NCBI GenBank assembly: GCA_049999805.1
Contig: JBNGIO010006231.1
Span: 98,413 to 162,412 of the forward strand
From: Folioceros fuciformis
Taxonomy: Eukaryota
Direction: 5' to 3'
Length of the DNA: 64,000 nucleotides
In this document: piece after piece, positions 22,059 to 33,797 of the stretch
Numbering within the stretch: position 1 is the stretch's first letter
Layout: each line of letters opens with the position of its first letter
Translations under genes and position numbers: made by a program
Notes under the pieces: generated by a model
What the model saw: only the letters and a program-made list of their open reading frames with translations
What the model was told of the DNA's origin: nothing
Databases searched by the model: none

Positions 22059-25000
22059 ATGGCTATGGCGGCCGCCAGTGCTGGTGCGCAGTGTCGCCAG
22101 ATTCAGGCTGTGCAGAATGGGATCTCCGCGCTGGCCGGCAGCTCCGTAGGGGTGCCGGGATCGAGATCGGGGCTTGTGGGATGCGAGAGCTTCCGGAGGC
22201 AGCTGGCATTGGGCTTTCTGCAGGCTTCTGTTGCCAATAGACGAGATTACAGGAAGGAGAAGTATTTTGAGCCCGTGGAGAAGCACGGCGTCGGTTGGAT
22301 GGGCTGTGCCGCCAGCCTTACTGGTCAGGCTGTTGTGGGCCGGGAGGAAGAGCAGGGAGATGGCAGCACTGTCGCAGTGCGGGGAGTGCTCTTCGACATG
22401 GACGGAGTGTTGTGCGACAGTGAGGACAGGTCTCGGGAGGCTGCAGTGGAGCTGTTCGCGGAGCTCGGAGCTGTTGTCAGCAACGAGGACTTTATTCCAT
22501 TTATGGGCACTGGTCTGTGGTGAATTGTGTTGGTTGGGTCNNNNNNNNNNNNNNNNNNNNNNNNNNNNNNNNNNNNNNNNNNNNNNNNNNNNNNNNNNNN
22601 NNNNNNNNNNNNNNNNNNNNNNNNNNNNNNNNNNNNNNNNGGGAAGCGAATTTTCTTGGAGGTGTCGCTCGTAAATTTGGGCTGGAGTTGGATCCCTTGT
22701 CGGCGAAAAAGCGGTTCTTCGAAATTTACATTCAAAAGGCATGGTCTTGGCTGCCGTCGCTTAGTTTAGGACGACATTTGCAACAAGAATGGCCCGGAAT
22801 GTGACTGATTTTGGTTTCTCGTCTCCAATGCCACAGTATGCAAGGCCTGATTCCGGGCTGGGATATCCTGGTGCATTGGACCTCATTTTACAGGTTTTCA
22901 CTGGTTTCTCCACGTTCAGTTCCACTGATGTTATGATGCTTGCCACAGTGCAATTATGTCGCCAAGACGCTTTGTAGTTCCGTAGCTCTGCTAACCAGGT
23001 TGCACTTGTTGTTTGGGTGATCTCAGTGTAAGAACAGGGGATTGAAGATTGCTGTTGCATCCAGTGCTGACCGGATCAAGGTGGACGCCAATCTGGCAGC
23101 AGCAGGTTTGCCTCAGTCAAAGTATGCCTCTCCTTGCTGTTCTTGTTGTGTTTCTGTATACTGTCCTACGCGAGTGTATCCTTTGTGGGCAGGTGTTTCT
23201 TCTGATTAGCCATTTCCGCATCTCCTATGTGCAGTTTTGATGCTATTGTTTCAGCCGACCTATTCAAGAATCTAAAGCCTGCTCCAGACATCTTCCTTGC
23301 CGCAGCAAAGTGTCTTGGGCTCAGCCCACGAGAGGTACAGTACTACCTACTTGAATCCTAGTATCTTTGAGAGTCATGGACCAAAGCGTTTATTGATTAC
23401 CTTGCGTGTTTACAGTGTGTGGTCATTGAGGACGCCCTTGCAGGTGTCGAAGCAGCTCGTACTGCTGGGATGAGGTTGGAACGAGCCCAGCTGCTGGAAT
23501 ATTACCTCAGCAGTTGCTATATCTGCCTGTCATGGGTGTTGAAATAGAGCTCTAGTGCATGCTTCCGAGCTCTCTAGGTAGCAACAGTTGTGTTCTGAAT
23601 GCAGATGCATAGCAGTGACTACGACCCTGGATGAAGACAGACTCAAGCAGGCGGGGCCCTCGTTGGTGAAGAAGGATATCTCCAGTATATCATTGCCTGA
23701 TATACTCAATCTCAACTATGATGTCGGTGAGCAAGACTTGCATTTGAAGGGATTTAGCTGAATCGAGGGTCTCCTTTCACTTCTTTATCTTCCTGACGTT
23801 TGACGACAGGTACACCAGCGAAAGAGGAGTTGGCAACAGTTCAGGTTGCAGTGGATTCGGCGCGTGACAGCGTTCTCAACAAGGAAATAGAATTGCCTGG
23901 CGGGTAACGGTTTGTCTTTATCTGATCTGCTCAGCCACCATCATCGGGGCAGATTTGGTCACTTCGTTATCTCATGCGTACTTGGTGGCTTCGACAGGTT
24001 TCAGACTACCAGACGAGACGTACTGAAACTCGCCAGTTTATCTGTTGGCCTCGGTGCCGCATATTTCGCTGCCACTCGTTGGAAGGTTTGATGCTCCAAC
24101 TGCTTGCCTCGCTCGATGTTTTGTACTGGCATACTAGGCATGCGAATTCTGGTGGGTCCTTGAAGTCGTTCTGAGCTAGACAGTGTTGTGGCAGGCCATG
24201 TCTTATGCATCACCTAAAGCTATGTTCAACGCCTTGTTCGGTGTCACTCGTCCTCCAGCAAACAGTGCGTCTCCATCTGCAAGGCTACAAATTCACTTTG
24301 GTGATGTTTTTATGTATGTATGTCACTGACATGCTTCTGTGATTCATCTGGAAAGTAGCTGGATCGACACGGGTGCAGCAGTTCAAGGAGTACATAGCTC
24401 AACTGGAGTACCAGTAAGTCCCCCATCGGTTTAGACCATGAGACAAGAACGATTTCGTGAAGTCTTCACAGTCTGCTCCTCTCCACGTATTGTAAACCTA
24501 TGATGTCAGCCCATTGTCCGCTTCGGTTGGTTGCTTGTCAGGGACGCCGGTCAGATTGTACCGGAGTTTCAACCAAAACTGGAGTGGCTGAACTCTGCAC
24601 CTCTCCGATTGAAACAGGTAGCTGGCATTATCCTAGGTTGCTGCTCTGAACTAGCAGCGCACAAGCGCAATGATTCTCTTGGTTGTTGACATGGGTTACG
24701 TCTTATCAGGATCTGCAGGGCAAGATTGTAGTGCTTGACTTTTGGACGTACTGTTGCATAAACTGCATGCATATTTTACCTGATCTCGCGTTCTTGGAGA
24801 ATAAGTACCAAAGCAATCCGGTAATTTCTTCCTGCACATTTGCTCAGTTCATAGCTTCTCTTCCATGCAGCTAACAGACCTTCTGTTGTGACCCAGCTCA
24901 CTGTTGTTGGAGTGCACTCAGCTAAATTCGACAACGAGAAAGACCTTGATGCTATCCGCAATGCAGTCATCCGATACGACGTGACACATCCGGTGGGCAT

Positions 25001-27990
25001 GTATCTAATGTTCCTTGAAGATTCTTAAACACTGGGCTTATGTCTTCCACCTTGGAGCCGACTCTTGTACCAACTGGCCATGGCCATGTACATACAGGTC
25101 GTCAATGATGGGGAGATGACAATGTGGCGTCAGCTTGGAGTCAATGCATGGCCTACTTTGGCGCTCGTGAGCCCTCAAGGTAGACTTCTTGCCATGCTTC
25201 CAGGGGAAGGGCACAAGCAGGTATAAGTCCCTCTTGTCTCAATATCTTGTTCTTTATCGCAAGGTTGCATTCACATGCCTTAAGTTCTGACAGAAGTGGT
25301 CGGTGACAGGACCTGGATGATTTGATCCAAGCTTCTCTCGAGTATTATGGGGAGAAAGGAGAGCTGGATGAGCATCCTATCCCTGAAGTATTGGAGAAAG
25401 ATAAGGATACGCGGTTGTTGAATTCTCCTTTGAAGTACCCAGGAAAACTTGCAACAGATCTTGAGAACAAGCGTTTATTCATCTCGGACAGCAACCACCA
25501 TCGTATCGTATGTCTCGCAACCTCGAGAACCTCGTATGCTGTTTCTCCGCGAATTGCGCGACCTACGGCAGAGAAAAGTGATGCGGGTTTTCTCTGAACA
25601 GGTGGTGACAGATCTAGACGGGAATTTCATCTGTCAAATTGGAGGGGGAGGCGAGGCTCTGCGCGATGGCTCGTTCGAATATGCAGCTTTCAATCGGCCT
25701 CAGGTAGAAGTTCTTGTCTCAGGTGCTAGTTGTCATGGCAGGTGTTGCTTCTTGCACGCTGAAGATGGAGCTGGACTGTGGTTGCAGGGTGTAGCCTATA
25801 ATCCATCCAAAAACGTGCTCTATGTCGCGGACACTGAGAATCATGCTCTGCGGTAACATCCTTGCGAGGGGACGCCTGCATCTGAATTTAGTCTGATGAA
25901 ATTAGGAGTCGATAACTAGGACATCTTATGTGGGTGTTCTCTCAGGGAAATCGACTTTGTGAACCAGACAGTACAGACCATCGCAGGTAATGGGACTAAG
26001 GGAGGAGACCCACGAGGAGGGAAGACAGGGACTTCGCAGGTCTAAAAAGTTTTGCTACCCTGAGCAGCATTTGGCATCCTTTTGATCCGATCCGCCACAT
26101 TGCAGCGTGCAAAGTTCCTCATTTCTTCTCTGTGGCCAGGCTCTCAATTCCCCTTGGGATGTGTGTTTCCATGAGGGTAATAATGCTGTCTACATTGCCA
26201 TGGCTGGTCAACACCAAATCTGGGAGCACACACTCTCAGATTCTGTCTCTAAAGTTTTCAGTGGGGACGGATACGAACGCAATCTCAATGGCCGGAGGTG
26301 ACATATGTTTGTGCCTGGGCTTGTGATGAGGTACTTACAGGTAATTGTTTTTCCTGAGATGGGGTTCTGGCTGTGCAGAGGATCGGATACGTCCTATGCC
26401 CAACCATCTGGACTGTCCCTGTCACCCGGTACGAGCCACTAAGCTCTACTTGAACTGTTTCCCTGTGACGCTTCTGCTGGAACGCTGTGACGAGTCTCTG
26501 CACTTTGGTGTCTTTTTGTAGACATGAAGAAAATGTTCGTAGCAGACAGCGAGAGCAGCTCTGTCAGAACTGTTGATCTCACCACCGGCGGCTCCGTGCT
26601 GCTGGCTGGTGGCGATCCAAACTTTTCCGACAATCTATTCCAGGTAGGCGGCTGGCTGAGATATCTGATGTGCAAATGAACTTGCTACAAGCATCCAACC
26701 CTGTTTGTCGAAGTACGTACAGTTTGGAGACAAAGACGGAGTTGGAACTGGTGCACTGCTTCAGCATCCTTTGGGGGTCCTGTACGGATCCGACAACCTC
26801 GTCTACATTGCAGACTCCTACAACCACAAGGTACTGAATCCTGGACAGGACGGAGAACCGGTTGAAGCTTGCTACTTTGAAGGCAGGAACCAGCTAAGCC
26901 CGCGTTTCCTTTCCTGGCCTCAGATCAAGGTCCTGGATCCAAGTACTAATCGAGTAAGCACTGTGGCCGGAAATGGAGTGGCTGGATTTCAAGATGGGGG
27001 TGCTACTTCATCACAGGTATTTCTAGATACATCCGGCAACCAAGATACTGACTGATATTCAATAGGAGCTGACGACTTTGCTCGCTCACAAGCAGCTCTC
27101 CGAGCCAGCTGGCCTTGCACCCGGTTTGGATGGTGAGTTTGCCGTCTGCCCACATCTGTATGAACCATTCAGTAGCTGTCCACGTGCATAGACACAGATT
27201 AGTGACAAGTAGCGTACTTGGTCCAGGCAAAGTGTACGTTGCCGATACCAACAACAGTGTCATCAGGGTGATCAGCACTCTGGATGGAGCAGACGGCAGG
27301 AAAATAGAGACATTGGAACTGAAGGGAGTTGAACCTCCAGTCCAAGGCCCTCAAACTGGCCGTCGCCGACTCAGGCGACGAGCCCCAGTGGACACACAGG
27401 TGGTTCGGTTGGAACCAGTTCTGGCAGCAAAAGGAGACTTGCAGCTGCGGATTGCGCTTCCTTCGGGATATCACATGAGCAAGGTGCACATGACGGCTTG
27501 CGACTCTGCTTCAGCAGTGACGTTGTCTTGGCCTGCTTTATTTCCCGCAACTGCTTCTTGCCCTTCATCCTCGAATGTACTGTCATTGCAGGAAGCCATC
27601 AGTAAATATGAGGCGGAGTTCGATGCTGACAGCGGTGTGAGCGTACAGCCAGCTAGCGGCGAGATTAATTCGGCCGGAGAAGCTACCATCCACTTTTCTC
27701 GGGAATGGAGGGCGTCTGCAGTGCGCGTATCATGCAAAGTCAGTTTTGCTTACCAGAAGCTCGTTAGCGGTGGTGGCAAATCGCAGACGTTGCGTTCTAA
27801 CGTAGATATTGCTGATCCGCAGGTCTACTACTGTCAGGAAGATGAGGTTTGTCTGTACAAGGCTCTAGCATTTGATGTACCTTTCGCTACCGAGATTTCA
27901 GAACAAGCTTCCTCGGTGGTACCCCTCTCCTTCACAGTGCAGCCACCAGAGAATGGAGGGTTTGACCCACTGTCAAGCGGAAAGTTGTAA
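22059..27990 (+). CDS. SOQ1: SUPPRESSOR OF QUENCHING 1 (transit peptide, HAD, TM, thioredoxin-like CCINC, NHL beta-propeller, CTD); multi-exon, N-gap in intron 1
   Basis: [78 protein letters not shown] repeats ([28 protein letters not shown]), [12 protein letters not shown]. Confidence 0.96.
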
Positions 27991-28125
27991 GAACAGGCCT
28001 CAAAATGGAATGTTTGTGGTGGAAAGCCTCAACCACTTAACGTGCGTCAGCCAGTTTGGCGTGCACAAATTGTCTGATGAGTTGAGAACACCAAATTCAC
28101 CTACTGAGGATTGGAATATTCGGAA

Positions 28126-29710
28126 TTACCGAACAACTGTAGATTTCTGCACTTCGCCACCGTCCGCAGGAATTATCCCAGCCTTGATCAAAGTGTCGAA
28201 TTCTACAGCGAGCCTGCACATGCCACAGTTAAACCTTCGCACGTCTTCTCTAACCTCAGTCATAAACACAGTTTATTGAATGGAAAACACCAGCCAAGGT
28301 ATTAGCACATACCTGTGCACTGGAAGCCCCATCACGTTGAAATAGCAGCCAACGATTCCTTTGACGAATGACCCACCGATGCCCTGCAGATCGTATTCAT
28401 ACTGTCAGCATCCAACGTTCCGCGCATCTACACCGGCACCTTGTGAGTGATGAGTAAGCACCTGAATGCCATAAGCCCCAGCCTTATCCATCGGCTCTCC
28501 AGAGGCAATGTAGGCTGCGATTGCGGCCTCTTCCAGGACACCAAACTCGACCTGCAGGGGGGAAGCATCAACTGTTCAGAGTCAGTCTTACAGTAGCTCC
28601 ACAGAAAGAAAGTGATAATGAAAAATGTCAGCCAATACTAAAACGGATGACAGATCTGAGCACCTCAGTTTTTTCCCAGAAGGAACGAATCAAAGGTGGC
28701 CGTTGAGACACAACATCTGGAACCATAAGAGTCCCATAAAGTGAGCAGGCTCCTAACGGTCATTGCTGGCTCAGCAGGAGAGAAAGGGAAGCGGATCTTG
28801 CTGTCACCTGGAGCACCCGGAAGCAGAAAAGCAACTCCTGTATACACCACATGCTTACGACCTGATCTTGTAGAAAGTTAGTCATGGACACACATGAGCC
28901 AACGAAGGTTTAGATCCAAGCCAGAGAATTTCAAACATCTCACCACTTAGAGAGGACAACATCCTGAAAGCATCTTCCTTATCTCGTGGCTTTTCCAAAA
29001 TCAGACCCTGTGAAAACGGTCACCCCTATCACCGTGAAGTTCGTACTGCCAGAGACAATCAAGGACCAACTTCCAGCTACGAACTACGCGCAGCCGGACG
29101 GGATCACATACATCAATCTCAACCACGGTATCCGCGCCTATGATCACATCTGCTTTACTACCATCTTGTGCCTGCGAGCAAACAACAGGGTGTTATCAGC
29201 TGCATGAAGCGAGCGCGTTCAATGAGAAAATTCAAGGGCAGTTGCTTACAGACTACGATTTCTAACAGATATCGACAGTCACATGGTACCAGAACAAGAA
29301 GTCAGTTTGAATGAGGTATAACCTTGGATGGACGCAATGACACTTCGATCGCTTTGTGAGTAGCTGTCTCAGCTGCATAGTCTTCGGAAAAGAAAGACTC
29401 CTGATTAGAAACCATCGCTGATACCGTTTGTACTCATGTCTAGGTAACAGTCTAAGTACATACCTCCAGCACACGAGAACTCTGACTTGTCCAACAGCTC
29501 GTCAAACGTAGAAGGGATCACCTCGGCTCGCAAGCCCTACAGAGAATGCGCCAGGATCAAGGTCCACCACGACACATGACAATTCTTGGCTTCCACGACA
29601 AACTCGGAAGTGAATCTCACCAGACCCCGGAAGAGCTCAGCTCTCCGAGGAGACGCTGATGCCAACACAAGTCGCTTGGTTGATAGCAGAGGCAAGTGCT
29701 GAATCAACAT
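28126..29710 (-). CDS. Maf-family nucleoside triphosphate pyrophosphatase (YhdE/ASMTL-like); about 10 exons
   Basis: Spliced product [13 protein letters not shown]...IPSTFDE...ATHKAIEV...[18 protein letters not shown]...[12 protein letters not shown]...[24 protein letters not shown]...[12 protein letters not shown] 29710, TAA 28126-28128. Confidence 0.9.
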
Positions 29711-29859
29711 GGTGCGCAACTGCAGAATCAGCGACCTGAGAACGTACGACGTGCGTGCCGCTCTGTGCAATCAGGCACGCAGTCCTTCCTGAAGGCGAAA
29801 ATTGGTTAGGCGAGTCATGATTGTTTTCAACCGCAGAAGCAGAAACAATTGGAAACGCC

Positions 29860-30648
29860 ATGGCGAGTCGGACTGACCCTGAGAGCTGCTCGTGCTGTCA
29901 AGGACCGAGGCATGGCGTTGATGAGTCGCTGGAGGAGATGGACTTCCAGAAGAGCTTGCACGGAGCTGCTCATTCCGGAGATGTAGTGAGAATACGAGGG
30001 TTGCTGGAACGTGGTGCCGAAGTGGACGGCCCAGATGGAAATGCGTACTCCCCGCTGCATTTCGCGGCCAGAAACGGTCATGTTGAAGCTTGCCGCGTCC
30101 TGCTAGAGGTGCTTGCCAAACAACCGTCTATGATCTGCTTGCCCTCCTGCTGGAAGATGTTAGGGGCTGAAATTGTGTCCCTGCAGAACAAGGCTTCTGT
30201 CGACAGAAGGACGAGGGCGGGTCAAGCGACGAGTCTTCATCGAGCAGCTCATGAGGGGCATGAGCAGGTGGTGAAGCTGCTTTTGCAGAGTGGAGCCAAC
30301 CCCCTGTGCCAGGACAGTGATGGATGTACTCCTTTGCACAAAGCAGGTACGTATGAAGCGTGTCTTGAAGGATCTAGTCTTTGTGCTTCAATACTAAGCT
30401 GCTCACATGTTGCCTTGGTTCATTTCTTGCTGTTCCAGCAATGCGGGGTCACTTACGGACGGTAGAGCTGCTGACAACATCTTGTCCTCAAGCTCTTCAA
30501 ATTCCTGACAAGCACGTAAGCTCTTTGTCAATTATTTCCATGAGCCTGTCCAATGACCTAGCTGACAGTTTTGCTTTAGCAGGGACGTTTGGCCAACGAT
30601 TGTTCCATAGGTGCTGTGGCTCGTCATCTGCAGAGAAGAGACTCGTGA
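29860..30648 (+). CDS. ANKRD39: Ankyrin repeat protein, ANKRD39-like; 4 exons
   Basis: N-terminal CSCC...VDESLEEMDFQKSL resembles ANKRD39 (CC...VQQTLEEMDFERG); ankyrin motifs SPLHFAARNGH, TSLHRAAHEGH, TPLHKAAMRGH; last exon GRLANDC... ends at TGA 30646-30648. Confidence 0.82.
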
Positions 30649-30691
30649 AGGAAGATCAAACATGGCGCTTTTTGCTACAAAATCATACTTG

Positions 30692-30744
30692 GAGCAGTGC
30701 TTTGAGCAGTGCTTTGAGCAGTGCTTTGAGCAGTGCTTTGAGCA
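30692..30744. repeat. 12-bp tandem repeat (gagcagtgcttt) x4.4 between convergent ANKRD39-like and ATP11 3' ends
   Basis: Direct reading of perfect repeats. Confidence 0.95.
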
Positions 30745-30812
30745 ACCACCACGACAAGTAGCCTCCCACGGTGGATCGTTGGCAAACCAAGTGAAACAGA
30801 CGCTTCAGTAAA

Positions 30813-31813
30813 TTATGCTGATCCAATGCCCAGTTCTCGAAGCACCTCCTTGAAATCAAACTCTTCACTCTGTTTGTTGAAGCTCTGGACATGTCTGTAC
30901 CTGTTGTCATCCAAATAAAACGAATGTGCAACTTCCAAAAGACTCTTGGCCTGCAAGAAAAGTGCCAGAACAGCTGGTTGGAGACATACACCCAGGACAA
31001 GTACCAACGAATCGAGCCAAAGCTGAAGTGCTGTGCTATAACCTGTGTATCGGATAACTGGCTGGTGAAGACAATATCCCCACGCACCAGGACCAGCCCC
31101 TTGCTTTCAGCAAGCTCTTGGTGGTGTGTCACAGTGAAGTAAGGGGAAGCGTCTGATCCACGTACCCGAAAATCCTCCAAACTCGTAAACAGCAAGTGAG
31201 GTATCTGCGCTGAAAGGAAAGGAGGGCCACAACATGGTCTGTCAACTCTCGACCTTCCTCATCAAAGAGAGCAATGTGGTCAGGATGGCGTCAAGAACCA
31301 ACCTTGGGACAGCATGGACACATAACCACTTCCTTTGCGCAGAGGGATGACGAACAGAGGGCTACCACAGCAACGAAATCAGAGTCCAAGCAAATCCATG
31401 GGTTCCAGAACACGCAAGCATCATTGTCAGAGCCTACCACTCTTTGGCTCGATGGGAGAAGCGGCTGAAAAGGTCTTTCCCCATGACCGCACTTATGTGA
31501 CCTCGTCCGATGTGATACTGCCCACCCAGCACTGCAATTTTGAGATTGGAACATGCAGAATGAAACAATGAAAGCAAGATGCAGGTGGAAAGGAAGGCGC
31601 CGGGAATCTGACATCGTTCCAGATGGTGGTGATCTCCGCGGGGGTGGCATCTTTCACGGTGTCCAGCTTCAGGATAGAGTCCAAGCTCTTTGGCGTGAGA
31701 GGGTTGTAGCCGGTGGCGAATTTTGATGTTCCTCTAATGGCAGCCCTTCTCCAGCCGGCCACCATGGCAGGGGCGAGGCGCGCCCCTGCCCGCCCGCGCC
31801 TTGCCGCCAACAT
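30813..31813 (-). CDS. ATP11: Mitochondrial F1 ATP synthase assembly factor 1 (ATP11/ATPAF1); about 5 exons
   Basis: Arg-rich presequence; PKSLDSILKL...IWNDYHIGRGHISAVM...RAKEC; LLFTSLEDFRVRGSDASPYFTVTHHQELAESKGLVLVRGDIVFTSQLSD; HSFYLDDNRY...FDFKEVL. Confidence 0.92.
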
Positions 31814-32215
31814 GGCAAAAACCAGCCGTGTTCTGGAGGTTTGAGTTTCACGACGACAGACGTATACATTACCAATTTCACGACGGGAGGACTAAGCCTC
31901 AGCGTCGATGGTTGGACGAGCGGAATGGAAATGATGTCACAGTGCTTGCTTTCCTCTTTGTGCGAAAAATTTAGAGGGCACGCATAGAAATGGCCATCGC
32001 TCTACGAGCTGGGACAAGTACGATTTCTCAAGGAACAGGTCATACGAATGCATTATCCTTTCAGATGGACAGAAACAAGCTTTTCTCCATCACTAACTTA
32101 GCTTCATACAAATCACACAACAACCCGAGCAAGACAGCAGGGGAGGGCATGAGACAACAACACGATGACAAAGTCCAGTCCTAGCAAAAGCTTCAGTCAA
32201 AGCTCTTCTCATGTA

Positions 32216-33797
32216 CTACATTCCCACTCGGAACAATTCACAATAGTACGCAAGTACGAGGAACAAAAAGCCCAGCACGATCACCCAGGGCACTCCAAAA
32301 CGTACGTTGGCCCAAAGCTCTCCACTTGGCTGCTGGTCGAGGTCAGATGCTGGAGCCGCAACCACGGTTGCCTTCACAACCTGGACAGACGAGTCGAGTG
32401 TGCCCAGCAAAACCTTAGGAGCAGAGACCACCACCCCTGGTCGGACCTCTTCACTGATGTTGCTCAACCCTTTGTGAGCAACTCTTTGCAGCGGTTCCCA
32501 ATCCTTTGGGTCATCCATGAGGAATTGTTCAACAACGTCTCTGGCTTCAGACACAGCCTTCAAGGCCTCCTTGAAGCCGCCTGCTGGGGTGACTAGTTTC
32601 TCCGTCTCTGCCTCTTTCTCGGGAAGAGCGCCTTTCTCTACTGCAGATTCACCATTGCTCTCTGCCTCTTTTTTAGGGAGAGCAGCATCTTTCTCTACCG
32701 CAGACTCACCATTGCTCTCTGCCTCTCTTTCAGGAAGAGCAGCATCCTTCGCTACCGTAGACTCACCAGTGCTCCCTGCCTCTTTTTCAGGAAGAGCAGC
32801 ATCTTTCTCTGCCGCTGACTCACCATCGCTCTCTGCCTCTACTTCAGAAGGAGCATCTTTGTCTACCGCCGAGTCACCATCGACCTCTGCCACTTTTTCA
32901 GGAAGAGCATCTTTCTTTACGGCAGACTCACCATCGCTCAATGGTGAGGCTGGCTTCACCGAGAACACCCTCTCCGACTCCCTTGCTGGAGTGGTGGGCT
33001 GGGCTACTGCCGTCTCCGGTAGCTGCAACAGGTCCAGAAGGTGGGTAGCGGCCGCAGGAGAAGAAGCCCTCGGGTGAAGCAGATGACTAGAGATGAGATC
33101 TGGATCCAAGACCTTAGAACTCCTGTCAGCCGGTCTCTCACTTTGCACCCTGGAGGGGGTTGGTGATGGCGAACCAGGCGGCTTGCTGGGGGACAGAAGT
33201 AGCTTGTGGGCAGTCTCTACGGAAGTTGTTATGCTGTCCTTCACCGTCTCCAAACTGATGGAAGGACTGCCATCCCCAAGAAGCACCTCTCGTTTGTCAA
33301 CACTTTCCAGCAGAACAGGCTCGACGGGAGTGGGATTGCTACTCCTCTCGTCATCCTCAGGTGAACCCGAACTGCTGGCGTGCTCCTCCTGAGGAATAGT
33401 TGGACTAGTGCTCTCCTCCTCGTCCTCATCATCTACGTCACTATCAGATGCAGAAGTCTCGTACGCACTCCCAACATCTAGACCCACAGCAGTACAAGTC
33501 ACCTCCACCAGGCTATCAGGATACGTCACAGGCGTAACAATCCTCAAATCCGCCAACCTCTCCTTCACAGGAGCTTCAGGCAACAGCAGCTTATCTTCCA
33601 CCTGTGCAACAACCTCCCCCCCTCCACTATCCCGACCACCACCCACAACCTGCACTCCTTTCCCCGCCTTCTCACCATGCTCATTCCCCCCTTCCCCCCC
33701 ATCCACACCACGCTTCACACCCAAAACCTTCACCTCAGCACACAAACTGGGCACTCCATCCTTCTCCCGCAACATCCCATTCACCACAAACCCCTTC
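32216..33797 (-). CDS. Unknown protein, C-terminal part (N-terminus in or beyond N-gap 33799-34198): acidic and Pro/Ser-rich disordered region, six 18-19-aa repeats, C-terminal TM helix
   Basis: Over 520 codons open; repeats (D/N)GESAVEKDAALPEKEAE(S); terminal hydrophobic VPWVIVLGFLFLVLAYYC. Confidence 0.75.
32600..32940. repeat. 54-57-bp coding tandem repeat, 6 copies
   Basis: Recurring gactcacca(t/g)...ctctgcctct...ggaagagcagcatct. Confidence 0.88.
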
